A stretch of DNA of 64,000 bases from NCBI GenBank assembly GCA_963781885.1, contig CAWAHW010000001.1, positions 128,001 through 192,000 of the forward strand, read 5' to 3'. This document shows, in pieces, positions 40,530-49,563 of the stretch. The position numbers and the translations under genes are program-made. The notes below the pieces were generated by a model, which did not search any database, was not told the origin of the DNA, and worked only from the letters and a program-made list of their open reading frames with translations. Positions within the stretch are counted from its first letter, which is position 1. Every line of letters starts with the position of its first letter. The stretch is from an uncultured Spirochaetota bacterium. GTDB taxonomy: Bacteria > Spirochaetota > Spirochaetia > SZUA-6 > Fen-1364.

Positions 40530-42284
40530 TCACGCCACCGGGGACCGGCCCAGGCGTCTGAGCGTCCGCACGACGCACGAATCCGCCTCATCGCCTGCGG
40601 GATGTTCGGCGAGAGTCCGATACAGCTCGATGCACGCCTGCTCGTAGCCGATCCCCGCCAGCGCCGCGATGATGCGGGTCGCCCTGTCCACGAGCTTCTT
40701 GTTCGTCGCGTTGACCTGGATCATCCAGTTTCCCCAGATCCGCCCGAGCCTTCCCATGGTGCCGGTGGACACCGTGTTGAAGATGAGCTTCACGGCCAGA
40801 TGGGAGAAAAGGTTCATCGATGTGCGCGGAAGTCCGATCGGGATGCGGATGGCGGGCAATCCTTCACGCCCGCGCGCGCCCTCCGCGGCGTCGATGGCGA
40901 GGACGGTCTTGCGCGGATAGCCGCCCGCTTCCCGCGCCAGATACCCCTCCACGCCCGCCGAAGGCGCGCCGCCGACCGTGACCGCGATCAGCGCGGAGAC
41001 GGGGGCTTCGCGGCGACTCGGATCCGGCTCGCTGCCGATGGCGTAGCGATAGATCTCCCCGACATCGAGCGCGGGCGGCTGCGCGATCATGCGCGCGGTC
41101 CCCTTCATGGCGATGTAGTCGTCACGCGTCCAGCTGATGCCGCGCGGCGCGCGGCGCAGCATGTGGTCCCACGCGTCGTGCGTGGCGCGCACGGGGTCCT
41201 TCACGAATGCCCAGGAGGGAGGCGATGAGACGTCATCCACGGTGCGGAAAGGCGGGACCATGAACGTGGGGGTGCGCTCCGTAGTGTCGGAGATGATGTC
41301 GAGCAGGTACTCGTCCGTGGCATAGGTGACGAGGCCGCGCGCTTTGTAGATGTCGGACTCGAGCTCCATCGCGGCGGCGATCCCGGCAAGGGCCGCTCCA
41401 GATGAAAGCCCGTCCACCAGACGATCGAAGCCGGCCGCATAGTCGAACGCGCCCGCCGGGCGCCGGTCCTCCGCGATGAGCGCGGCCGCCTGCTCGAGGG
41501 CCGCCCCGACCACGAGCATCTCGGAGCTCGTCGCCTGAAGGCGCGTGGAACCGGAAAGCGCCATGGGGCCCGTGAACAGATCGATCTTCACGATGCCCGG
41601 ACACTGGATCACCTCGCGCGACCGCTCGATGTGCGCGGCCAGCACGTCTGCCGGATTGTTGAAGACAAAGAAAACCGAGCAGCCGCGCTCATGGGCCTCC
41701 CACGCGGTGCCGATCACCGACGAGGTCTCCCCTCCCTCAGTGATGGCCACGAGGAGGTCGCCCCGCGAAAGACCGAGATCCCGGACCTGACGCCTTCCGA
41801 ACTCCTGGAAATCCTCGAAGTTCTCCACGGACCTGATGAGGGCGCGGTCTCCGCCGGTCATGATGCTGAAAGCCTGCGCTGCCAGGCGCCGACATTTCAC
41901 CGCCCCCGCGGGGTCCGTCCGTTCTGCGCGCAACGCCTCCTCCCCCCAGTACTCGCGCCACATCCGTTCGAGGATGATGGCGAGCCGGCCCGTTGCGCCG
42001 CATCCCGAGAAGCCGATCCTCTTTCCTTCGCGCGCGGCGCGCACGATTTCGCGGACGAGCGCCTCATAGGGGGCGCTTCTGAAGACCTCGGCCGCGCGCG
42101 GCGGAATGTCGCGGTCCACGGAAAGGAGCAGCGCGGCGCCCGCGGCGGCGTCCCGCTGCACGGTTGCGCTGAAGTCCTTTGTCCGGGGATGGGGGCCTTC
42201 GGTGGGAAGAATGCCGAGGTGGAACTGCGTCTCTTCCCGGATGAAGCGGCGCGCCTCGATGAGCGCCGCGTCCGCCCCGCTCAT
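40530..42284 (-). CDS. MurQ/glucokinase-regulatory-protein-like SIS-domain protein (584 aa)
   Basis: LPTEGPHP, SGCGATGRL, GPMALSGSTRLQA, KLIFNTVSTGTM..GNWMIQV..TNKKLVDRA. Confidence 0.8.
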   Translation of the reverse strand: MSGADAALIEARRFIREETQFHLGILPTEGPHPRTKDFSATVQRDAAAGAALLLSVDRDIPPRAAEVFRSAPYEALVREIVRAAREGKRIGFSGCGATGRLAIILERMWREYWGEEALRAERTDPAGAVKCRRLAAQAFSIMTGGDRALIRSVENFEDFQEFGRRQVRDLGLSRGDLLVAITEGGETSSVIGTAWEAHERGCSVFFVFNNPADVLAAHIERSREVIQCPGIVKIDLFTGPMALSGSTRLQATSSEMLVVGAALEQAAALIAEDRRPAGAFDYAAGFDRLVDGLSSGAALAGIAAAMELESDIYKARGLVTYATDEYLLDIISDTTERTPTFMVPPFRTVDDVSSPPSWAFVKDPVRATHDAWDHMLRRAPRGISWTRDDYIAMKGTARMIAQPPALDVGEIYRYAIGSEPDPSRREAPVSALIAVTVGGAPSAGVEGYLAREAGGYPRKTVLAIDAAEGARGREGLPAIRIPIGLPRTSMNLFSHLAVKLIFNTVSTGTMGRLGRIWGNWMIQVNATNKKLVDRATRIIAALAGIGYEQACIELYRTLAEHPAGDEADSCVVRTLRRLGRSPVA

Positions 42285-43531
42285 GCACGGCCCCCGTCCT
42301 GCGCAGCCTCGATCTCCTCGAAGAATCGGATGCAGGTGAGGAGCGCGCGCGGAATGTGGAAGCAACCCTTCCACTTCCCCCCCTTCTGCGTTGTCGACGG
42401 GTCCCCTTCCCGGTGGAGGTAGCCGAACCACTCGCCGTCGGCAGGGTCGTCGAAGCGCGCCCAGACGTAGTCGTCCACGCGGCGGAACCATTCCCAGAAT
42501 ACGGCGCGGCCGGTGATCTTGTAGGCGAGCAGGAACGCGCAGAGCGCTTCCGCGTGGACCCACCAGAGCTTCATGTCCCATTCGAGCTTTTCCGGCGGTC
42601 GGCCGTCCGCATCGAGATAGTAGAAAAGCCCTCCGAACGCCGCATCCCAGCCGCGCTCCGCCGTCCACAGCATTGCCTCGGTGACAAGGTCGACGATCGC
42701 ACGACGATCGACGGACCGGGAATCACGCTCATCGATGGGCCACGATTCCACCGCGCGCAGGACGAACCAGAGAACCTCCAGCGCGTGCCCGGGGGTGAGG
42801 AGCCGGCCCTCCATGCAGTCGGGGTGGCTGCCATCGGCGTACACGCGCTCGTAGACCGCGCGGCGCTCCCGGTCGATATGCAGCCTTGTCACCTGGTCTA
42901 TCGCTTCGCGCAGGTAACCTTCGCGCACGGCCGGCTCCACAAGATCGCCCATCTCCTGGGCAAGCCACACCTGGATCATGGGAAATGCCATGGCCATGAT
43001 CGGACGGTGGGCGGCGATCTGCTTCGTGAATCGCCCCTTGGGATTGGCTTTCCGTTCCTGGATGCGCCGATAGGTCGCCGCCGCGATCTCCCGGGCCTCC
43101 TCGTCTCCCGCCGCACGCGAGTATTCGGCCATGCCCGCCGCGGCGAAGCAGTCGGAGAAGATGTTGTACGCCTCCACCAGGGGCCGACCCGTGCGGTCCA
43201 ACGCGAAGTACCAGTCGCCCTCGGTGTTGCGGCCGTGCGCCTTCATGAACTCCACGCCCGCGCGCGCGTACTCCCGCCACGACGGCTCCGCGCGGTAGCC
43301 GGTGAAAAGCTTGGAAAACATCCAGACCCCGCGCCCCTGCAGCCACATGAACTTGTCCGTGTCGAAGATCGCTCCATCGCGCTCGAGGCAGCAGAAATAG
43401 CCTCCGTGCGCGCGATCGACCGAATGTCGCAGCCAGAACGGGAGAATGCTCTCCTCCAGGGAGCGGCGGTAGCGCTCTTTCAGGCGCGCCACCTCCGCGC
43501 GCATCGTCAATCGATCGAGGGAATCGTGCAT
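42281..43531 (-). CDS. N-acylglucosamine 2-epimerase (AGE family)
   Basis: LPFWLRHS, DTDKFMWLQGR, PGHALE, KLWWVHAE, KGGKWKGCFHIPR. Confidence 0.92.
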   Translation of the reverse strand: MHDSLDRLTMRAEVARLKERYRRSLEESILPFWLRHSVDRAHGGYFCCLERDGAIFDTDKFMWLQGRGVWMFSKLFTGYRAEPSWREYARAGVEFMKAHGRNTEGDWYFALDRTGRPLVEAYNIFSDCFAAAGMAEYSRAAGDEEAREIAAATYRRIQERKANPKGRFTKQIAAHRPIMAMAFPMIQVWLAQEMGDLVEPAVREGYLREAIDQVTRLHIDRERRAVYERVYADGSHPDCMEGRLLTPGHALEVLWFVLRAVESWPIDERDSRSVDRRAIVDLVTEAMLWTAERGWDAAFGGLFYYLDADGRPPEKLEWDMKLWWVHAEALCAFLLAYKITGRAVFWEWFRRVDDYVWARFDDPADGEWFGYLHREGDPSTTQKGGKWKGCFHIPRALLTCIRFFEEIEAAQDGGRA

Positions 43532-43548
43532 GGGGATTGCGCCTCCGT

Positions 43549-44403
43549 CTATTTGATCGCCCCTGCCGTCAATCCCCGGATGAACCAGCGGGACATGAAA
43601 AGGTAGAGAACGAGCATGGGGATGATGGCGATGGAGAGCCCCGTGAAGAGCAGGCTCCAGTCGGTGGAGAACTGCCCGAAGAACGTGGTCAGGCCCACCG
43701 GGAGCGTCTTCAACCCGTTGCTCTGGAGGAACACGAGCGGGAAGAAAAAGTCGTTCCAGAGCGGCACCGCGTTGTAGATCGTCACGAGCGCGATGGCGGG
43801 CGTCGTGACGGGCATGACGATGCGCCGGTAGATGCCCCAGTCGTTGCAGCCGTCGATGCGCGCGGCGTGCTCCAGCTCCAGGGGTATCGAGCGCATGAAG
43901 CCCGACAGGATGAACACGGTCGACGGCAGGCCCATGGCAAGAAAGATCAGGACGATCGCCGCCCGGGTGTTCATCAGGCCCAGGCCCTTGATGAGCATGA
44001 AGAGCGGGATGATCGCCGCCTTCAGGGGCAGCATGATGCCGCTGAGGAAGAGCATGAAGATGAAGGTGCGCAGCTTGTAGCGGTAGCGGCCGACGCCGTA
44101 GGCCGCCATCGATCCCAGCAGGAGAACGAAGGCCATGGAGATCAGCGTGACGATGAGGCTGTTGGCGAAGTAGCGGCTGAAGCCCCTGTCGATCCAGACG
44201 ACCCTGTAGTTGGAGAGCACGATGTGGATGGGAAGCGCAAAGGGGTGCTGGAAGATTTCCCGCGTCGTCTTGAACGACGAGACGATCATGTTGAAAAGCG
44301 GGTAGAAGATGAGCAGGGCATAGAGGGCCATGAGGAGCTGGGCGGCGGAGAGGACGATCGCCCGCCCGGGGCCCGCGCCGCGGAACCGCAGGTCGGTGGT
44401 CAC
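43549..44403 (-). CDS. Carbohydrate ABC permease
   Basis: HAARIDG, WNDFFFPL, GLTAGAIK. Confidence 0.9.
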   Translation of the reverse strand: MTTDLRFRGAGPGRAIVLSAAQLLMALYALLIFYPLFNMIVSSFKTTREIFQHPFALPIHIVLSNYRVVWIDRGFSRYFANSLIVTLISMAFVLLLGSMAAYGVGRYRYKLRTFIFMLFLSGIMLPLKAAIIPLFMLIKGLGLMNTRAAIVLIFLAMGLPSTVFILSGFMRSIPLELEHAARIDGCNDWGIYRRIVMPVTTPAIALVTIYNAVPLWNDFFFPLVFLQSNGLKTLPVGLTTFFGQFSTDWSLLFTGLSIAIIPMLVLYLFMSRWFIRGLTAGAIK

Positions 44404-45314
44404 AGCTCAACCTCGCGCGATCGGGTGGCGGCGATCGATCCGATGGAGGCGACGAAGGTGAGCAGGTAGATGACCACGCCGATCGCGCTCCCGATGCCGA
44501 TCTGGGGATTTCCCGAATCCACGGAGCCGAACGCCGTGCGATAGAAAAGGGTGCCAATCGTGTCCGTGGAATAGTTGGGCGGGCCGTCGAGCCCGGTCAT
44601 GGTGTAGACCTGCTCGAAGACGTTGAGGCTCCCGATGATCGTGAGCACGGTGATGACGGCGATCGCCGGGATGATCAGGGGAAAGACGATCTTCCAGAAG
44701 GTTGTCCATTCCCGCGCGCCATCGAGATGCGCCGCCTCCAGACATTCGCCCGGCAGGCCGTCGATGGCCGCCAGAAAGACCAGTGACGGGAAACCCACCC
44801 AGCGCCAGATATTGACGACGATGACGGAGAAGGTGGCGATCTTCTCCTCACCCAGCCACGCGTGGGTCCAGCCCGTGAGCCCGACCAGCTTCAGGAATGC
44901 GTTGACGAGGCCGTTCGGCTTCAGGTACAGCCCCCACAGGAAGCCCACGGCAACGATGGAAAAAAGCACCGGGATGAAAAAGATCCGCTTGTAGAATCCG
45001 CTCCCGGCGACCCTGCGGCTGAGAAGGTAGCCGAAGAGCAGGCCGATGCTGTTCTGCACGAGCATCGTGACGAGGAACCACTTGAGGTTGTTGCCCAGGG
45101 CGCCGAAAAATCGCGTCCGGTAGGGATCGGCAAGAAGGATCTTGCGGAAGTTGTCCAGCCCGACGAAGCCGCCCCGGATGAGCTGCTGCCAGTCGAAGAG
45201 GCTGTTGAAGAGCGAGACAAAGAGGGGCAGGAGGATGAAGACGCCCACGACGGCGAGCCCCGGAAGCACAAAGAGGGTGATCCACAATCCCTTGCGGACG
45301 TCGGCTCTCGTCAT
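44400..45314 (-). CDS. Carbohydrate ABC permease
   Basis: EAAHLDGA loop; GAAGGGAGG RBS before ATG 45314. Confidence 0.9.
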   Translation of the reverse strand: MTRADVRKGLWITLFVLPGLAVVGVFILLPLFVSLFNSLFDWQQLIRGGFVGLDNFRKILLADPYRTRFFGALGNNLKWFLVTMLVQNSIGLLFGYLLSRRVAGSGFYKRIFFIPVLFSIVAVGFLWGLYLKPNGLVNAFLKLVGLTGWTHAWLGEEKIATFSVIVVNIWRWVGFPSLVFLAAIDGLPGECLEAAHLDGAREWTTFWKIVFPLIIPAIAVITVLTIIGSLNVFEQVYTMTGLDGPPNYSTDTIGTLFYRTAFGSVDSGNPQIGIGSAIGVVIYLLTFVASIGSIAATRSREVEL

Positions 45315-45342
45315 GGATGCCCTCCCTTCTGCGGAAAATGAA

Positions 45343-45371
45343 CGGGGCGGCGCGCCACGGCCGCCGCCCCG
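45343..45371 (-). other. Intergenic GC-rich stem-loop after the binding-protein gene
   Basis: CGGGGCGGCG / CGCCGCCCCG inverted repeat; no clear T tail. Confidence 0.55.
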
Positions 45372-45387
45372 CGGATTGCCGGGCAGG

Positions 45388-46632
45388 CTACTTCTTGAAG
45401 GGAGCGTAGTACGTTGCGATCCCGTCCTGGATCTGCTTCGCGACGTCCGCCGGCGTGAGCGTTCCGGCAAACATGCCCTGAAGCGCCGCCTGCGCGAGCG
45501 TGGATCCGGTGGGCTGCTGGTAGCGGAAGCCCACGAGGAAGACGTACGGGGTCTCGTATTTCTGGAAGGAGAGCACCTTCGAGATGAAGGGATCCGCGGT
45601 GGTATCGACGCCCGGCACCACGGAGACCTGCTTGAGGCTCTTGATGAAGAAGTCGCCCGTCGCCTTGCTCGCGAAGTAACGCAGCAGCTTTGCGGCAGCG
45701 GCCTTGTTCTTCGATGCCGCGTTCATGCTGAAGTTCCCGTCGGCATACGTGGAAACGTACTGCGGGTCGCCCGCCTTTGCCGCGGGTCCGGGGAACACGT
45801 CGAGCTGCAGGTCGGGGTTCTGGGAGAGGAAATAGCCCGCCTCGAAGGAGCCGCCGATGAAGTGGCCGGCCTGCTCATTGATGAAGGAGGTCTGCATGTC
45901 GGTGTAGCTCACGCCCATGTAGAGATTCGGCAGGTAGGGAATGAGGTCTTTGAGCTTGCCGATCGCGTTCACGAAACGGGCATCCTGGAAGTTCGTCTGT
46001 CCCTTCACCACGGCGTTGAAGTAGTCATTGGCGCCGTAGAAATTGGGGCAGAGCGCTCCCAGCATGACCTCGAGGGTCCACCCATCCTTGGCGCCGTTGG
46101 CCAGGGGCTGGATGCCCGCCTTCTTCATCGCGTCGAGATTGGAGAGGAACTGGGCCCAGGTGGCAGGCGGCTTCAGTCCCAGCTTCGCGTACATCTTCTT
46201 GTTGTAGTAGACGAAAAGGGTCTGGCTGGCGAAAGGCACGCCGTATATCTTGCCGTCCTTGATCGACGTGGCTCCGCGCAGTGGCGCCGAGGCGAACCCC
46301 TTGAGCTCGGGCACCCACTGTTCCAGCGGCTCCAGGTAGCCGGACTGCGCGAATGTCTCCAGCCCGCCGTAGGCGCGGCTCTGGAACACATCCGGTCCCG
46401 CGCCGCCGCTCAGCGCCGCGGAGAGGATCGTGTTGTATTCCGTGTTCTTCTGCGCGGTCTGGACAACCTGGATGTCGGGGTTCAGCTTCTGGAAATCCGC
46501 CAGGAGCTGGTTGTACTTGTCCACGTCCTCGGGCCGCCAGGTCCAGTACTGGAGGGTCGTCTTCTGGCCGAAGGCGAGACCCGCGATACCAAGAATGAGC
46601 AAAGACGCGAGGAAAATCTTCCGTCCGTTCAT
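45388..46632 (-). CDS. Carbohydrate ABC substrate-binding protein
   Basis: Signal peptide ending AFG-Q; GPDVF, DGKIYGVP..VYYNK, PATW; AGGAGG RBS. Confidence 0.9.
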   Translation of the reverse strand: MNGRKIFLASLLILGIAGLAFGQKTTLQYWTWRPEDVDKYNQLLADFQKLNPDIQVVQTAQKNTEYNTILSAALSGGAGPDVFQSRAYGGLETFAQSGYLEPLEQWVPELKGFASAPLRGATSIKDGKIYGVPFASQTLFVYYNKKMYAKLGLKPPATWAQFLSNLDAMKKAGIQPLANGAKDGWTLEVMLGALCPNFYGANDYFNAVVKGQTNFQDARFVNAIGKLKDLIPYLPNLYMGVSYTDMQTSFINEQAGHFIGGSFEAGYFLSQNPDLQLDVFPGPAAKAGDPQYVSTYADGNFSMNAASKNKAAAAKLLRYFASKATGDFFIKSLKQVSVVPGVDTTADPFISKVLSFQKYETPYVFLVGFRYQQPTGSTLAQAALQGMFAGTLTPADVAKQIQDGIATYYAPFKK

Positions 46633-46736
46633 GGCTTCCTCCTGAGGCTTCCAGAGTGGCGTCGCCCTCCGAAGATGTCAAGTTGGACCGCCTCCGCCTC
46701 CTTCACGCGACGCGCGTTCTTCCGTATAGTGCCCCT

Positions 46737-47932
46737 GTGTCCTCCTCGGAAGAGCCCGATTCATTCATAATCGAAGGTGGCGAGGTCGTTCTCCCCGATC
46801 GCGTGATCAGGAACGGGGTCCTTCTTGCAAAGGGCGCAAAGATCCTCCACGCCGGACTGGCGCAGAAGCTGCCCCTTCCCCTTCCCGCCGGCTGTCGGCG
46901 CATCGATGCGCAGGGGGCGATCGTGTGTCCGGCGCTTTGGGAGCAGCACATACACGGCTGCGGCGGGATCAGCACGGAGGGGATGAGCCCCCGGTCGCTG
47001 AAAGAGATGGCGCGCTTTCTCGCCCGGCGCGGCGTCGGCGCCTTCCTTCCCACAACCGTCCCGCTCGAGGAATCCCTCTCGCTGTTGGGGGAGGCGATGG
47101 AGGCCACGGCGGGCGATCCCGACATCGCCGGGAGGATCCCGGCATCTCCGTGGAGGGTCCATTCGTCGCCCCGTCGCGTCGCGGGGCCATACCGGAAGGC
47201 CTCCTGCGGCAGCCGTCGCCCGCCTACCTTCAGCGTATGATCGCCCTTTGCCGGGGACACATGAAAATGCTCACCTTTGCACCCGAGCTGCCGAACGCGC
47301 GGGCGCTGCTGGACCCGCTCCGTGCTTCCGGCATCATCCCCTTCCTCGGGCATTCGGGAGCCGCGTTCACCGATCTGGCGGGCTACGAATCCATTTCCCC
47401 CCTGGGCGTCACGCATCTGTGGAACGGAATGAGCGGCGTGTCCCACAAGGAGCCGGGGCTCGCGCTCTGGGCCCTGCTGGACCGTCACGCCTTCACGGAG
47501 ATCAACTGCGACGGCACGCACGTCGACGATGCCGCGGTACAGCTCGTGCTTCGCACCCGTCCCGGGGAGAAGCTCATCGTCATCTCCGACGCCATAGCGC
47601 CGGCGGGCCTGGCGCCGGGCGGCGCGCCGTCCTTCCTGTATGGCAGGCGCCTGGTCGAGAAGGGCAGCGGCCTGTACGACGAAGACTCCGGTACGCTTGT
47701 CGGGTCGCGATCCCTGGTCCCGGACTGCCTCGTGCGGCTGGTGCACGATCTGAACGTGCCGCTTGCATCCGCGGTGAGCATGGCAACCTTGAATCCTGCC
47801 CGTCTCCTGGGCTACCCCTGCAAGGGCGCCTTGCTTCCCGGCTACGATGCCGACGTGGCCATCCTGAGCCGGGATTTCGCCCATTGCTCCTTCATGAGCT
47901 GGGAGGGGAGGCCTCTCTTCGAAGAGCCGTAG
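46737..47932 (+). CDS. nagA: N-acetylglucosamine-6-phosphate deacetylase, frameshift near 47140
   Basis: QHIHGCGG, FLPT, EGPF, TFAPE, GHS, THLWNGM, DGTHV, ISDA, NPA. Confidence 0.88.
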
Positions 47933-47935
47933 TGG

Positions 47936-49336
47936 TTACGGGACCGCCCGGTAGGTGCCGTCCGTCAGGTTGATGTCGATATTGTTGTCCGCGTGCGGCG
48001 GCTCGCCCTTCCACATCCCCTCGATCACGTCCTTCTTCATCGCGATCGCAAGCGATCCCATGAGGCTCAGGTTCTTCGTGGGATACATCTGCGTGCCCGT
48101 GAAATGCGCGTCCCCGGCGTAGTGCGCGAGCCCCGCCTCGGTGAGAGGCTCGGCGATGGTGTCCGCCTCCGCGCGGGAGATGCCGTAGCCCATGAGCACG
48201 CTTTCGATGTACGGGAACATTCCCTTGCGCGAATAGTCGCGCGCAAAGGCGGGGAAGCCCTCCGGCATCTCGGGAAGCGATTCAATGTGGAAGCTGCGCA
48301 CCTGCATGAGCTGGTCGGCGCCGATCTGCACGAGCCGGTACGGGCAGGGATAGGTGACGAGCGACCCGGTCTCGATGTCGTAGAGGAAACGGGGGCTCGG
48401 GGGCTCGCTCTTCGCGTCGCGGGCATCCCACCACGCACCGGCGATGTTCTGGGCGTGGAAGTGACCGGTGAAGACCGCGCGCACGCCGTCGTCCGCGAGC
48501 ATCAGGGAAAACGCGTCGTTGTCCTGCACGACGTACGCCGCGAACTGCTTCTTCTGCCCCGGGAAATGCTCCACCACCCCGTGGTGCATCATCACGATGA
48601 CGGCCTTGTTCTCCGCGCGGGCCCGCGCGAGGATCTCCTTCGCCCAGGCGAGCCTCTCCGGGGTGAACGATCCAGCGGTATGCTCGTGCTTCTCCTTTGC
48701 GCTGAGGTCGTAGCGGCAGGCATCCAGCGCCAGAAGCCACAGCCCGGGCGCGGGTTCCACGACGTAGGCAAGGGAGTTGGGGTCGCGCGCGATCGCCGCG
48801 TCGTAGCCGAAGTCGCGGTAGATCTCGGCAAAGCGCGCGGGGGTCACGTTGGGAATGCGGGAGGTCGTGTCCCCGTCGTACCGCACGGACTCGGGGTTGT
48901 TCACGTCGTGATTGCCCGGGATCACGAAGACGGGGATGCCGGCGGCCTTTATCCTTTCCAGCGCCGCGGCAACCGCGAGATGGACAGCCTCTTCCCCGTC
49001 CTTGCTGAGATCCCCGGGGACGAGCACGAAATGGGGCTTCGCCTCGATGATCTTGTCGATCACCGTATTCAGCAGGCTCACGCTGTGCTCGAAAATCTTC
49101 CTGTCGTCGAACTTGATCTTCTCAAAGGCGGGCTGCCCGATGCCCAGCTCGGGCAGGAAGATGTGCGGGTCGGAGAAGACGGCGAAGCTCGTCTCGGGAT
49201 AGGCGGGGAAAGGGCCTGTCGCTTTCTCCGCGCGGAAGCTCATGCTCGAGCATCCGGCGATAAGGAGCACTGCGAGTATCGCGAGGATCGCGGCGCGCAG
49301 CGCGATTGCGTGACGTCTGGTTGTCGCTGTCTTCAT
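47936..49336 (-). CDS. Calcineurin-like metallophosphoesterase lipoprotein
   Basis: LIAGC lipobox; SDPH, PGDL, PGNHD, MMHH, TGHFH. Confidence 0.88.
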   Translation of the reverse strand: MKTATTRRHAIALRAAILAILAVLLIAGCSSMSFRAEKATGPFPAYPETSFAVFSDPHIFLPELGIGQPAFEKIKFDDRKIFEHSVSLLNTVIDKIIEAKPHFVLVPGDLSKDGEEAVHLAVAAALERIKAAGIPVFVIPGNHDVNNPESVRYDGDTTSRIPNVTPARFAEIYRDFGYDAAIARDPNSLAYVVEPAPGLWLLALDACRYDLSAKEKHEHTAGSFTPERLAWAKEILARARAENKAVIVMMHHGVVEHFPGQKKQFAAYVVQDNDAFSLMLADDGVRAVFTGHFHAQNIAGAWWDARDAKSEPPSPRFLYDIETGSLVTYPCPYRLVQIGADQLMQVRSFHIESLPEMPEGFPAFARDYSRKGMFPYIESVLMGYGISRAEADTIAEPLTEAGLAHYAGDAHFTGTQMYPTKNLSLMGSLAIAMKKDVIEGMWKGEPPHADNNIDINLTDGTYRAVP

Positions 49337-49478
49337 GGGCTTTCCTTTTTCCAGGATGCGCCGAGAGTAGCAGGATGTACGTGATCGCGCAACAGCGCTG
49401 CGCGGACCCCGGCAGTTCTCCTTTTGGGCCTTAGCATGAAAACTTCTTGACATTTGGGAATCCATCGCCTAATAATCG

Positions 49479-49502
49479 TTATTGTAAGACAATCTTACAA
49501 TT
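49479..49502. promoter_or_regulatory. Operator 1 (GntR/FadR-type) upstream of the GntR-ARH gene
   Basis: TTATTGTAAGACAATCTTACAATT, containing the palindrome ATTGTAAGA-CAA-TCTTACAAT; TTGACA at 49447. Confidence 0.75.
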
Positions 49503-49563
49503 CATGAAGTGCCGTCCAAAGTTTCATGGGCTCTAGTGGCGGGTATGATCGAGGGGTGGAGTC

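Noticed and set aside
42281-44557. 758-aa ORF suggesting an N-terminally extended AGE epimerase
   Set aside because: The upstream part is an alternative frame over the permease; the real start is ATG 43531 with a GGAGG RBS
5196-47932. Pseudogenes or programmed frameshifting in the MCP, sdhB, lipA, osmC, nagA and others
   Set aside because: No slippery heptamers or accumulated stops; homopolymer indel error is the simpler explanation
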